From: Hyphochytrium catenoides
Taxonomy: Eukaryota > Protista > Hyphochytriomycota
Direction: 5' to 3'
DNA: 64,000 nt
Assembly: GCA_900088475.1 (NCBI GenBank)
Contig: FLMG01002918.1
Span: 26,895-90,894, forward strand
A program made the translations under genes and the position numbers. Below are positions 13,801-27,104 of this stretch, piece after piece; position 1 is the first letter of the stretch, and each line of letters begins with the position of its first letter. The notes under the pieces were generated by a model. The model was not told the DNA's origin. It did no database searches and was given only the letters and a program-made list of their open reading frames with translations.

Positions 13801-14681
13801 CCACCCTCCCATGAACCTGAATTTGAAGGTTGTGAGACGATGCTGATTGCTGGTGGTAGGATAGAGAATTCTCGTGGAGCTAGATACAGAATGGGTGTAA
13901 GAAAGGCTAAAGAGAAGACTCTGAAGCCTCCTCTCGCAACGAACTCCTCTTCCCCACAACTACCCTTTGCCAACCTCTATGAGTTGCTTTGACTCAGGCC
14001 ATTCTGTCTCTGTCTTCCTCTGCAACCCGTCAACGTTCTGGGTCACAACCTCCAGATTTCGACATCTAGGAAGAGACCAATCAACGGGCAGGGCAGGTAT
14101 GGAAAGAGGGTTGACATAACGTCTGGAACGCGTAGATAGGACGACTAGGGGCACAATTACGCCACGCCCAGTGAAGGAGAGAGTGGAGCCAAATCAGAAA
14201 GCCGGCAGCTGATTCGTCAATGCGTGTATCTTTCTTAAATAAAGCACCGAAGCGATAGATATAGAAAGCGGAATATGGCAAGGTAGTGCCAAGCTACGTA
14301 CCTCTGTGCCAAAAAGGAGAGGGCTTCATGACCAAGGTTAGGTTTAGCACAGAGAAAGTCCGGCCGCTCGTGAGTGGCAAGCCAAAACGTGTTCCACCAC
14401 GCCAAGGGATTTTGACTAAACTTGGAACGAGTTCCCCAATCTAGGACATAGCGCTCCCACGTCGCGTTGGGCTGAACACAGGACAGGAACCAGGAAGAAG
14501 TGTGCAAATAGCCAGAAGACGGACAAGTTACAATGACGAAGCTCGTTGGGAGACTGATAAGTATAGGGCCTGGTCATACCTGTCCTCTGTAAGCTGGGAT
14601 GCCGCTGGCCACAGAAAGTCCGGCTCCACAAAGGACAACAACTTTCTTGTCCTCAAGCAGAAAAGGGAGAAGCGTTTCCAT
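10885..14681 (-). CDS. Sir2-family NAD-dependent deacylase (divergent sirtuin) with a long low-complexity C-terminal extension; many short exons
   Basis: Exons in order: METLLPFLLEDKKVVVLCGAGLSVASGIPAYRGQ (ATG 14681); KPNLGHEAL; VVTQNVDGLQ..LIE|VHG..CVNAAC; VPHCPSCKEAILPQ|ALFFDEEY; LMFVGTSISV; FEFNV; GGRAEQTLPVL. In-phase exons follow at ~12240-12187, ~12060-12032 and ~11970-11758 and join the S/K-rich ORF ending at 10885. The tail assignment is less certain than the catalytic domain. Confidence 0.88.
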
Positions 14682-15576
14682 AGTGCAGAACTAGGACTTG
14701 GCAGTCATGACTCTGAAATTGGTCAGCCCTCTACTAATTCTGGTGACGATAGCTTTTGTCAAAGGGTTTACCGCGACGGCGTCAAGAGCACCTAACTCAG
14801 TAGGATAATGCTTCAAGTTTCAGGCCACGGCGTTTCTGCCATATGTTGGCCTTAGACAGCTTCAGCTTCTGTCATAGCAGCTACGGTGGTACCATAGACA
14901 CTGGCATGCTGGCCCACAAAAGACACCCCGCGGAACCTTGTGCTGGCAAGGGAGGCAGAGCAGACGAAGAATTATTTGGCAACAACAGAGAAGGCGGTAC
15001 TCCTCGAGGCCGGCAATGTAGACTACGAGGTCTGGAATCTCAAAAAAGCTCCGAAAAAAGCTCTGTAAGTCTTCGTTCTTGCAGATCCCAATTCGTATTT
15101 TGCGTCCTCGCCGCCCAATTTAGAATAAAGAATACCTTATGACCGATGATGCCCCATATCTCGCTGACAATTTAGAATCCAAGGTCCCAAAAGCTGTTGT
15201 GAAGTCTCCGAGAGCTATTAGGCCTTAATTGGGTCTACATCACCATAAAAAGTCGGACTTTCTCTTACCGTGAAAGGATTAGGTCCAGGAATAGAGATTC
15301 AGACTGCAGATAGAGAGTCACTCCGGCCCGTCTCTGAGGCTCTTCAAGGCAATCGAGCGTCGTTCTTATTTGAAGCGGGAGCGACGAAGATAGAGCAGAG
15401 TTGTCTTCGCGCAGGAGTGGAAGAGAGAAGACACCCATTGACTGGCGCTCTCCTAGCTGGCGACGGCTCTCGCTTTCCCAGCCCAAAGGATATTCAAGAT
15501 CATGGTGTAGGTGTCAGTTCAGAGCACCCAGCCTTTGTTTGGGCGCGGGAGAGTGAAGAGTTAAGAGTAGGGAGCC

Positions 15577-18500
15577 ATGGAGTTCTACCCGCCTGAACTT
15601 CTGGAGCAGCCCATCCCGCTTGTGGCCTTTCTGAGCGGCAGAAGCGGCAAAGGCTCTGGATCTTCACCTAGGCCTAGAGAGGAGAATCCCAAGCTCGTAC
15701 AGACGAAGACAGCGTTGGTCACCCACTTAGATTCAATCAATCGACTCTCCTCCGACTTAGGAGGGCTGCCGACACTGCATTTCTTCTCTCTTCCTCTAGA
15801 CCACGCCTTCCCTCCGCGAAAGGAAAATGCTCGGCTGTCGAAGGAGAAGGAGCTGGAGAATATAGTGCCGGGTGGGATACTGAAGTCGAACTGGCTGGGG
15901 AAGCACCACGCCCTTTTGCCAGCCGTGGCCCTAGCGGTCTTCGAGTTTGACCCCTCTATGGCACCGCAAGGTAGGCAAGACAGAAATGTCAGCAAGCTGG
16001 GACGGTTCTGAAGAGATGTGCAGAAAACCCTTGTTTAGTGGCATTCCCCGTAGCTGTATGATGAGAGGATGGCTAACAGGGAGAATATGCATCAGTAGGA
16101 AGGGAAGGGCCAGGGCTAATAATCGTTGCGGGCGTCCGAACAAGAAGACGTAAGGAAAAGGGAAGAAAGCGTAGGACGATACAGAGGAACAGTTGAAAGA
16201 ATAACAAAAGGGGAAAGACCGCAAGAGTGCTTGGCAGCGGAAGAGGAGGAGGCAGGGCCAGGTCCCGCAGAGATCTCTACATTCGGGCGATTGTCGTACC
16301 TCTCGCTGTAACGGTTCTATCTATTGAGGCCTTAGTGTCCTTATTAGAGAAGAGAGAGGGAAATTGAGAGAGGGAAAGAGAAGGGAAAGAGGAAAGAGAG
16401 AGAGAGAGAGTGCTTTGATCTTTTCCCTATAACTCAGGATCTATTCGCGTAGAACGTTCCGCTGGCACTCCGAGCCCACCATCGCCGATTCTTCCTTTGC
16501 TCCGTCTGCTCCATGTGAACGATCCGCTAATATTATCTTACTCTTCTTTCCAGATTGGGCCATTCAGGAGACAGTGATTTCCGATGAATATGACCGCCTT
16601 CGCCGTTCACTGGGCTCTAGAGACTGTCGTATTATCGTGATGCTCTTGCACCACGACGCAGGGGGAAGAGGGGCAGGCGACCAGCATCTGCTCGATGAAA
16701 AGATCTCCTCTATGAGAAGAAGGACCGAGATTGACAGCAAGTCCATAGTCTATCTTAGGCAAAGCGATGTCTCCGCTTCCTCTGCGGTACTAAAGAAGCT
16801 GGAGAACAACCTCAGAGCTTTGGCATATGAGTACTATAGGATACAGGCAAAAAGAGAAAAGCGGTAAGGAGTCTATTGAAGTCGTTCGCTGAACTCTGAG
16901 AGCAATTTTTCTTTCAGTTATACCTCCCGCGCTTTGCCGAGTGGGGCCCGAGCCATTGTGACACCAATGTGTCTTGTCTAAACAGCACTCTTCCTCCTTC
17001 GCGTCTACTCCTCCAGCTTACCAATCCCTCTAGTGAGTTTGCCATAGCCATGAACATGTCTAATGCCGAGGTGTGGTTAGGTACATGAAGTTTGTCAACC
17101 GGCCTCAGCAGCTTCCCTTGCAGATCCGCTATGAATTCAAGACTGCTCATTTCTACGAGTTCAGGAGACAAGGTGGGAGCTCTCTTTCTTCCTTCTTTCT
17201 TCCATATCTATTATCTTCTCTGCACGCGTGATCTAAGTTTCTTTCTGTTTTGTCAACTCAGGGCCAAAGATGCTGAAACACTATGTAGCAGCTTACAGCC
17301 TCACTTGTGATTTGCTACAGCAGATGGGAGTGTTTGGAGGTGCGTTGAGGATAGAGAGAGGGCACATTATCACTCCACGAAAAAAAGGAGTCCAGAGGGG
17401 ACTAGGACTGAGATAGCTCTGCAGGGTTGGCTTTTTCTTAACGTCCGCCTGTGCGTTTATACCAGGAGGTTCGCTTCAAGTGCAAGAAGTGAAGGCGGTA
17501 GCGGATTGGATCAACTTCAAGATCTGTAGTCATCAGGTAGATTTGTCCTTGGACCCTAACTAACGGCACGCAAGTCCTGAGACACTCACTCAGCTCCATG
17601 ACTTTGCAACCTCCGTTCTTCCTTCCGAAAACCGTTTGGCGCCGGCATTTGACCCACTTTTCTATCCCGAGTTCTTTCTTGTTGCTCTCTCACTTGACCA
17701 CATCCCTTATCTCTGTTCACGTGTCAAAGTAGTCATCTGCTTCCATTTTTCGGTGCAAAATATTATGTTTACATGATGACGTAGGTGTCGAGCTTGAATG
17801 CAAAGGAGGCGATACAGCAGTTTCGCTATCACATTCGAACCTTTGAGAGGGCAATTGGTCCCCCAGAAGTGGTAAGCAAGACAACTCTCGCTACCAGCAC
17901 TGCAGTGAAGATTTTACGATTGGCTTAGGCTTTACAAGATCATGATTGCTGCACAATCGCAATAAGATAAACAAGAAGCCTAACCCTAGTCCTCTGAATC
18001 CTTACATGCAGTGCTATGAGCACTGGCTGTGGATGTCTCGTCAGTTCAAGGTCTTTGCTCAACTGATGGAAAACTTTCAGGCGCTGGCCGCAGGCACAGC
18101 CCCACTGGGTCAGCCGAGTACAGGGTTGGATTCCACCATGTATACACAGCCGGTAGGAGGATTATGTCTTTCTTCTACGACCGTACATGCCTTCTATGTC
18201 TCTTCTTCGAGTTCCGTCGATAGCTTCTTCTACGGTCTATCTCAATTTTACCTGGATCGTGCTGCTGTCAAGTTCCAGAAGTGGTGCAGTTCGAGTAGGT
18301 TAAGTCTCTTTCACGTTCCTTGCTGACCGTCGCACTTTCTTGCCTTAATGGCGCTTCCATTTTTTCATTGTCTCTCCTTCTGCAGTATCTATATTACCAT
18401 CTGGCCGCCAAACATGCCATCACCAGAAGGAAAGAGGCCCAGAGGCTCGGTGTCAGTCGTTTAGCCTTCTCACAGGTCACAGGAAGAGGAGACATTCCTT

Positions 18501-21500
18501 TGTCCTCTTTCACTGTTGTTCCTTCTCCTTATGTGGGAGGGGATGCCTCTGTTACCGTGGCTAGTAGTGTTCCTTCCCCCACCCCTACGGGTTCGGAGGC
18601 GCTCGTCCAATACAAGGACTCCCTGGAGAAGACTTCTAATCAGTCTGACGAGGTCATTGCGCTTCTTGACCGGGCCTATATGCAGTTTAAACAGGTAAGA
18701 GAAGCAAAGAAGAAAGAAGTGAAGAATGAAAGCTTGGAGCTGAGAGACATCTATGCTGACGGAGAGAAAGGAAACGAAGTATTTGTGGAGGATTTCGAGG
18801 CGCTACCACTGATTGAGGGACTAATCTTCCCCTCGTTGCATCCTGCCTCTCTTTTCCTTGCTTTCATTTCCCAATGTTTCGTTGTCAGGCACTGATGAGT
18901 TTAGATGTGAAAGGGGCGCAGAGTGTTGAGAACGCGAAGTTTGCCAGTCGGTTGCAGCTCCAGGTGCGACCCCATCGGCACTGCTTCGTCAGCGTCATCT
19001 ACTTCTCTTCTACCTATCTCGGTAGATATAGTGCTGCTGACTCCAAAACCTGCCATTTTGATGACCATTTTCAGGTAGGAGAAGAGCTCCTGGTTTCTGG
19101 AAAGTATGCAGAAGCAGCAGACAAGCTTGGTACTGTCCGTGAAGCTTTTACACAGCACAAGTGGTGGGCAATCGTGGCAGAGGTAAGGGCTTATGCGCTC
19201 TGTTCTATCTCTTTCTCTCCTCTCTCTCCCGCGACCTCCATTCTCTCCCTCTATCCCTCTATCAGTTGTTATATCTGTTAGGCAACTCTACAAACATCCT
19301 TTGTCTCCTTGCTTCTTGTCAAATGTTTCTGTCACTTGTTTTGACATGCGTGACTGCCTTATTATGCAGATCCTGAAGAACCTGATAAAGTGCATGGAAG
19401 CACTGAAAGATGGGGAGGTAGGTGACAGCCCTCTTCTCTGCTCTTGATCTTCGGGCCTAATCTCAACCTCTTCTATACGTCAAAAAGCGCTACCTGGACT
19501 TTCTGTTGCAGCTTTTGTCACCGAGATTGGCGCTTTCAGTCAGTTTGGAGGAGAGACGATCCTGTCAGGAGCGCTTCTTCTACGCGATAGAATCTTCCCC
19601 CGGAGTGTCGTCTCCATTGTCCTTCGCCCTCGACAGCAATCGTTCGATATTTTCTAGCGAGGTCTGCCTACTTCCTTTATTTCTGCCCATCCTCTTCTGT
19701 GTGGTCTATTTGGCGCATCGTCTCATGCTGGACCGAGATTGTCTGTTGCTCGTTTGATTCCCTGGCCTGGCAGGTTTATGTTCTTCTCTATGTCTGCATA
19801 CTCTATAGATTCTCTCCTTTATAACACACTCCTCGCTGCCTATTCGCTCTGCCTGTGCGCGCTCAGGTTAGATTCTTAAGCTCAAACGTATTCGCGACTG
19901 ATGAGGTGGCGGTTGAGATGACCGTCACTTCACACTTCCCCAGTGAGGTCACTCTGTCGCGGGTAAGCGAGTCAAAAGAGGCAGCCAAGCCATGGGCCAA
20001 AGGCGCAGCGCTTGGCAACTAGGAGTGAGAGACAAGGGGAAGCCATAGGGAAGAGAGTGAAGCATCGCCTGGTAAACGGGAGCCAAACTGATGCTCCTCT
20101 TTTCGCGCTGCAGGTGGAAGTCTGCTTCACGGATGCTCACTGCAATCACAGCTTCACACACAGTCCAGATATTCCATTTTCTTCCTTTGTGGAAAGCAGT
20201 CTGTGCTCTCTCACCCTTCCTCCAGAGAGTCCCGTGACCTTTATCTTCCGAGTGGCCACGAAGGTATCCTGTCCAGCCTTACACTCTGCCCTCTTTCTCT
20301 CTTTCGCGTGTGACTTCCTTCCTTCCGGTGTCCTCTTTTCTCGGGCCGTCTCTCTTTTCTTATACGTATCGAAAAGTAGCATGCCAAGTGTTGTCCTCCG
20401 ACCTACTGACGGTTTGCACATCCCACTGGACTGTTCTATTTGGCCCAGACTGCCAGGAAGGTCTTGCTCTGTGAAAGTATCAACTTCTACATGGGACACT
20501 CTCGAGAGTGCATCCTCACGATCAAGTCAGGGAAGAAAGGGTAACCGTGCCACGCTCACTCATAACTCTCCCACTCTCTCTTCTCTTTTCGAGAATTGCT
20601 CCTTCTTGCACCAGCCAATGAATGGTGGTATCACTCCCTCCTTCCTCATCCATGCTCCTGAGAGTTACTCTTTTGGGCGCTCTATTACCATTCCAAGGTC
20701 TGGGACACGCTCTTTCCTTAATCATGAAACTCATGGGTTACCGCTCTCCTTGTTTCAGGGGCCTGCAGATCGGCAGGCGGAGCAGTGTGGACCATGCCCG
20801 AGGAGTGGCTCCTGCTCTGGGGCGAGGGGCAGGTTCTCCCTCTTTCTCCCGGCGACATCCGAAGCTTGCTGAGCTTCCCGTTAGCCCCCGCACTGTTTCA
20901 GAGCTTGCGGATATCGCAGAGGATGCTGCAAACGGCAGCTACCTCGTCATTCTGCAGGCAAGTTAGGGGTCCAGGCCTTTCTTTCTGGGTCTACTCGCCA
21001 ATGCGATGGGGAGCCGTCGTGTTCCTTCTCGTGTTTTTTCCCCTGCCAGAACTAGCCCTACCTTCAATGGTGTCTGTTGCCTGGCATTTTCTATCTCTAC
21101 TCTGCTATTTCTTTAAAGTTGTCCTCTCCTGCATGTGCTCCATTCACCTGTAGATTCCTATGTCCCTATACCTCCCTCAGTGTCTCAACTCTATCCCATT
21201 CCGACTCTAACTAGCAACACGGTGTCCTTCTGTCCCTGTCCTCTCTCCTTTGCCGTCTCTCTCTCTTTGGCCCGGCCACTCCCTCCGCTCGCCTAGCCTC
21301 ACGCAAACCTCAGCATTCAGATGACAAAGATGCCGCCAGTGCTCGCGGGAGAGTTCCGAAAAGTCCACTTCACTCTTGAGAGCGGGGCGGATACTGTCAT
21401 GGATGGTGAGGGGTCTCTCCTACCTATTCTGGGGCCCATCCGCGATCTACCCTTCCCACTCTCTTCATATTTATACCTACTTCATCTATCCTACTCTCCT

Positions 21501-23783
21501 GCTCTTGGTAGGCAAACGTTTCAGTCCCCGCACCTTCTTGCCGTTGCGTCTCCCGTTCCCCGATGTCTAAGCTTGTGCTCTCCCTTGCTTCTCCATTGTC
21601 TCCCCATCTCGTTCGTCATCTCACCTCCACATCTCTCGGTCTTTGTCTTTCTCAGGTGCGAAAATGGTTCTCTCTTGCGATCCGCCTCCACGGTCATTGG
21701 AGCCAAAAGATGCTCTCTTTTGGGTGCAAGAGGGGACAAAGCTTTCTCCTGCCCCGTACCAGAACGGGGAACAGTCACTCCCTGTGAAGAGAATGAACGC
21801 ACATTCTTCCCAACCGTTCTCATTCTTCTTCCGATCCCCGGAACCACGGAGCCGCTCACTGGTGGTGCAAGCTCACTATAGGACAGACAAAGGCTGCGAA
21901 GTGATGGCAGAATATAAGACAGACATCTCCTCCCATGCCGCCTTTGGGACCAGCTTCAGGGTAAGTTTCTGTTAGCCTTTTCCCTCGCTCCTCATGCCCC
22001 TTCGCGCTTATTTCTGTCTTTGTGCTCTCTCATTGTCTCTTGCAATGCCTCTCTTTCCTCTTCTGGTCCTTTCCTCCCGGCCGTATGTACTTTTCGTCTT
22101 TGTCTCTCCTTCAGTCTTTGAGTTCCGCAGCTAATCTCTTTCTTAAGCTTTCTACAGAGCTGCCTCAAGCATTGCTGGACGATGTGAAGACTCCAGATGC
22201 AGGAGAGACGCCCACTTCTCTCCCTTCTCCCTCTCCTCAGCGGGTGGCTGTGGACCAGCCGGTGCAGGTTCAAATTGACGTTTCCTGCGTCACAGAGCAG
22301 AAAATTGAGATCTTAAAGCTGGGCATGGCCGAGGTACAGAGTATCGTCCTCTCCACTCTCTTCTATCTCTTGGGTGTATCCGCTGGCCCAGCCTCTTTGT
22401 GTTACGTCGTTCTCTCTCTCTCTCTCTCTCCTTAGCCTCTCCTCTCGGATCTCTTTTTCTCTCTCTTTCTAGGTGCCTCTCTTTTGATTATTTTTCTCGA
22501 GTGGAGCCGGTAGTGTGGCTTCTTATTTGGATTTTTGCAGGCATAATTTCTTTTCCTCTTCTTCTACGCTGTCCCTGCCTTTCTTTCCCTTTCCACGTGA
22601 TAGTAAGTGTTGAGCTTTGTCTCTCTCCATCTTTCCCTTTGCAGCCTCAGCAGGATAGCTGCTCTGTCATTCAGGAGATTGGCACCTTCAACTCACTTGG
22701 CGGTGAAGAGAAAGAGAAGGCGACAAGAGAGAGAACCTTTCTCTCTAAAGGCGATGTTCATAGTGTCTGCCTCACAGTCTTGCCACTGCTCACGGGACCA
22801 CGCATCTCCTTTGGAAGTCTGGTCTGTGTCTGGAGACGGCTGGAAAGCGCGGACGGTCTGTCATCACCCATCGCCCCTCATCTCTCTTTCTCTCTCTCTC
22901 TCTGTGTGTCGCTCTCCTTCGGTACTTCTTCTTCCCCCATCTCGCGTTTTTTCCTTCTCTTTCTCCTTCCCTCCCTCTCTCTTCATCTCTCCCAATCTCT
23001 CTCTACCTTTCCTGCTCCTCCGGTCTTTCGGCTTTCTTCCTGGCTCTCTTTCTCTCCTCTCGTCTTCACTCTCTCTGTCTTCTCCATAATGTATTTGTGC
23101 GGTCCACACGAACCTCCCTGTCTTTTCTCCTCATGCAGAGAGAGCTCGACAGTCAAGGGAGAGAGAGGAGATCATGACGGAGCTAAACAGAGATGCGCTC
23201 AACGTCCACACACAGATTCCTCTCCCTGCCGTCGGCGTCGAACAGCCGCCTTTCTCTCTCCGTCTTCTCTCTCCTTCCGCCGCCTCTCTTGGCCAGGCCT
23301 TTAGTTTGAGCCTCCACCTGACCAACCACACGCCACTCTTCCAGTCTCTCTCTCTCTCCGTCCAAGACAGCTCAGAGTTCCTCGTCGCGGGTGAGATTGG
23401 AGGAATAGAAGATAGGAGAGGAGAGGGGGATAAAGAAGGAGCTGTTTCGAAAGAAACTGGGGAAGGAAAAAGAACAAAAGGGAGAGAGAGCAATAAGAGA
23501 GAGAGAGGACACGAAGAAAGTGAGAGGAAGAAGTATCTGAAGAGGAAATGACTCAACGAGACCGATGAGTGTTGCTAAGAGGTGGAGCCAGATGTAGAAC
23601 ACGCACTAGTAACGGTTCTGACAACTCTCTTTCTCTCTCTTTTCTCTCTCTCTCTCTTACCTCTGCATCTCGTGTGCAGGCACGACAAACACCGTGATAG
23701 AAGTCTTTCCGCACCAATCCACTGTCATTAGCTTCACACTCGTACCTGTCATCTGTGGTGAGCGGCCTCTCTCTCTCTTTCTT

Positions 23784-23838
<55 letters not shown>

Positions 23839-24304
23839 CAGTCAGTCAGTCTGTCTGTCTGTCTGTGTCTCTCTCTCTCTTCCAAGCTTTTATACTCTCT
23901 CTCGCTCTTTTTTTTTCTCTCTCTCTCTCTAGTTAGTTTTTGGTTTCTTTCTTCCCTTTTGTGCCATCCACTTTTGACCTCAACAACTGTCCTACACTTC
24001 TCCCATTCGCTTGCTTGTCCTGATCTGCTCGATGCTGGTTGTTTTGCTTCTCTGCCCTCTCTCTTTCGCGCTATCTCTCTCTCTATGTGGCTCTCTCTCC
24101 CTCTGTCTCGCCCTCCATAATGTCTGTCTCGCCCTCCATAATGTCTGTCTCTCTTCCTGTTTTGCCACGTATGTAGGACACCAGCTGCTTCCGACTCTAG
24201 AAGTGATCTCTCAGCGTTATCAGTTGAAGCTTTACTCAGCGGCGGAGACAAGAGAACTCTTTGTCTTTCCAGGACGCAAACAGCCGGCGAGAGTTGGAGG
24301 CTGA
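15577..24304 (+). CDS. TRAPPC11: Trafficking protein particle complex subunit 11 (foie gras/gryzun family), multi-exon
   Basis: N-terminus MEFYPPELLEQPIPLVAFL and PGGILKSNWLGKHHALLPAVALAVFEFD; YEYYRIQAKR; RYEFKTAHFYEF; EVKAVADWINFKIC; EHWLWMSRQFKVFAQL; YYHLAAKHAITRR; QVGEELLVSGKY..FTQHKWW. The C-terminal gryzun-like part reads GQAFSLSLHLTNHT..SSEFLVAG..IEVFPHQSTVISFTLVPVICG|HQLLPTLEVISQRY, with the stop at 24302-24304. Confidence 0.93.
24104..24151 (+). repeat. 21-bp tandem duplication (tgtctcgccctccataatgtc x2 plus a partial copy) in the last TRAPPC11 intron
   Basis: Directly visible in the sequence. Confidence 0.85.
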
Positions 24305-24958
24305 GGAGACGAAGAGCGCTCAAAAGACACAGAAATTATAAAGACAGAGCGCGAACAGAGCACACAGACAACGAGCAGACGAGAGAGAGAGACAGAGAGA
24401 GAGAGAGGAGAGAGGCTCAGGAAGTGGATTTCAATGGCTTGCACGGGTGCAAGGACAAAGGGACTCTTTCTGTGTGTGTCTCTCTCTCTTACAATACGTG
24501 TCCTGCTATGGACACCTGCCTATCACGCAGAGTGAATTGCAGAGAAAGAAGCAAGAGAGAGAGGCGCGGGTCATGGGAAAGAAATCTGTGTACTCTTTAT
24601 TCTTTGTTAGTCCTGGTTGAGAGGAACTCTATGGCTGCATTGTGGGCCGCCGTCACGCATCTAAAAAATCTGTCTGTTTCTGCATTGAAGCTCTTCCAGA
24701 GCTCTATAAATAGTAAGCTATGGCAAAAAAAAAGGAGAGAGAAAGTGAGAGAGAACAGCATCCATGGGAGAAAAGAAGACAAAACACGAAAGAGAGAGAA
24801 GGAGAGGGAGAGAGACGGTAACTGGGATAGAAAAGACGTTCCGCATCCTCCTACGAAACAGCGTGTGCTGAGAGGCCGCATTGGAGAGAAAAGAGTGGAG
24901 AGAAGCCCCCAATGAACTTTGTGCTGTCTTGGCAGAAAGAGAGACACAGACACCGCCC

Positions 24959-26065
24959 TCAGATCATCACCGCAGGTCGCGGGCGGTGGAGGGGAGCGAG
25001 AGAGAAACAATCTCTCTGGATAAACTCGTGTGGCGGAACAAACTGCGCACAACCAGAGAGAGAGAGAGAGATGTCAGTAAGCACATCTTCAAAAAAAATA
25101 GCAGTCCAAAGAGAGAGAAAAGCAAAGGGAGAGAGAAAGACGTAGCCTTCAATCTAGTCCCAAAGACAGTCAGTCTTTGTGATGATCGCTGGATAAAAGC
25201 GAAGATCCGAGTCAAAAGAAGGAAAGGCAGCGAGAGAGAGACTCTTACCGGTAGGCTTTCCTCATCATCGTCCGCAGTGCACATCTCTTCCTCGTCATCG
25301 TCTGAGAGTTGGCTCTCCGGCTCCTCCGCCCCGACCTGCTCCAGATCCATGCGGAACAGGTCACTCGACTCTTCCGCTGGATCTCTTTCTTCTTGTCTGG
25401 AGATCTTTCTCTGCCTGGAACTCCAGGACTTATCCATAGCTATGGGCACTCTGTCTCGCAGATCTCGGTTGTCTGGAATCTCTATGGGCCGTGATCTGCG
25501 GCTCAGAAGCTCTGACTCGGTAAATCTTCGCCAGGCGAGGCGACCAGGGACACAAGGAAAAGAGTTCCGGAGATCGAGGTCGTTCTCTCTAGAGATGGTC
25601 TCTGGCACTTCCACGGCTAAACGAGAGAGAAAGAGAGAGAAAACAGCATTTGTGAGGACCGAGAGAGAAAGGAAGAGAGAGAGAGAGACTCGCAGACATA
25701 CCGTTCATGGAGAGGACACGCCGCCGTACAGGATGCTCAGACTTGGAAGGCACTGCGACTTTTAGGGCTCTAAGGTACTTGAGTCGCCACTGAGAGAAAA
25801 GAAAGAGAGAGAGAGAAGAGAGAGAGAGAGAGAAAGAGAGATCAGCTCCAGTTAGATCCTCATCTTCTCTTCTGTTCTCTTCTCATCTCACCTGTGCTGG
25901 TCCTGCCGTCCGCCGCTCTGGCATTGTGAGGTTAGGCACTTCGGCCTTGCGAAGATGATCCTTGCTCGGAGGAGAAACGAAGTTATTCTTCTGCAGATCT
26001 CTCGAGACAGAGCTTCCAATGTCTCCGGGAGGAATCCTTGTTCTCAAGTCATGTATGACAGCCAT
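24959..26065 (-). CDS. Small disordered hypothetical protein with SRPIEIP, LFRMD and C-terminal FVPPHE motifs (S40/DUF584-like motif layout)
   Basis: Four exons join in phase through GT-AG introns: 26065-25892 (MAVIHDLRTR..GPAQ), 25789-25702 (WRLKYLRALK..SMN), 25616-25249 (AVEVP..SRPIEIP..LFRMDLE..DDDEESLP) and 25042-24959 (FVPPHEFIQRDCFSLAPLHRPRPAVMI*). Further upstream exons are possible. Confidence 0.75.
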
Positions 26066-26736
26066 CTCGGTGGAGAGAGAGAGACAAAGAGAGAGAAAAA
26101 GAGAGAGAGAGAGAGATAGAAGACAGGCTTTTTCTTCTCAAGCGAACGGTAATTATGATCTTCTGAGGAGGAGGAACGTCTTTGACGCTCTGCAAATCAT
26201 ATTATGGCGCTGCAATTGCAGTTCAACGAGAGACAGCGCTGGAGAGAGAGAGGGAGAAAAAGAGAGAGGGAGAGAGAGAGAGAGAGAGAGAGAGAAGACA
26301 CTGGGAGGACCAGACCCTACAGGTAAATGTAAGCCGATGCAGAGAAGAGAAGGAAAGGTGGCGCCTGCCCCGCGCTTCTGACTCCAAACTGACTCTTGTC
26401 GTACAGTTTGGACCTGTGAAAGGGAGAGAGAGTAAGAGAGAGAGAGAGAGAAAGAGAGAAAGAAAGAGAGAAAGAAAGGGAGAGCGCCGATCAGAACACT
26501 GTGTCCTCCTTGCTGTCTGGTCTCTTCTTGTGCAGAGCGTTGTGTTAGGCGATCTGTGAGCCGCTGCAACTTCTTCTCTTGGTTGATTTAAGGGAGAGTA
26601 AGAGAGAGAGAAAGAGAGAGAGAGAGTTGTCCGATGGCGGGAGCAGCTTGGAGACTGAGGATGATGAGGAGAGAATGACTTGTGGAATGGCGGCGGCGGG
26701 GGCCGCGTTCTGTTCTTTCGGAGAGAGAATAAGGCC

Positions 26737-26782
<46 letters not shown>

Positions 26783-27027
26783 TTCTGTCTCTCTCTCTTC
26801 TCGCGGTGCGGTGATCCATCAAGAGCCAATAAAAAGCACGAGGCGACGGCGGACAATGGGGTCCCCAAGGTAAACAACAAGAGAGAGAGAAAGAGCGCGA
26901 GAAAGAGAGAGAGAGAGGAAAGGAGCAGAAGAGAGAGGGAGAGAGAGGGAAAAAGAGTGATAGAGAGAGAGAGGAAAGGAGCAGAAGAGAGAGGGGGAGA
27001 GGGGGAGAGAGAGAGAGAGAGAGAAAG

Positions 27028-27073
27028 NNNNNNNNNNNNNNNNNNNNNNNNNNNNNNNNNNNNNNNNNNNNNN
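27028..27073. other. Assembly gap (N run); others at 36582-36623, 37346-37394 and 55506-55564
   Basis: N characters in the sequence. Confidence 1.

Positions 27074-27104
<31 letters not shown>

Noticed and set aside
24597-24958. ORF ending LLFIELWKSFNAETDRFFRC as the last exon of the minus-strand gene
   Set aside because: The in-phase FVPPHE exon already stops at 24959, so this is probably 3' UTR.
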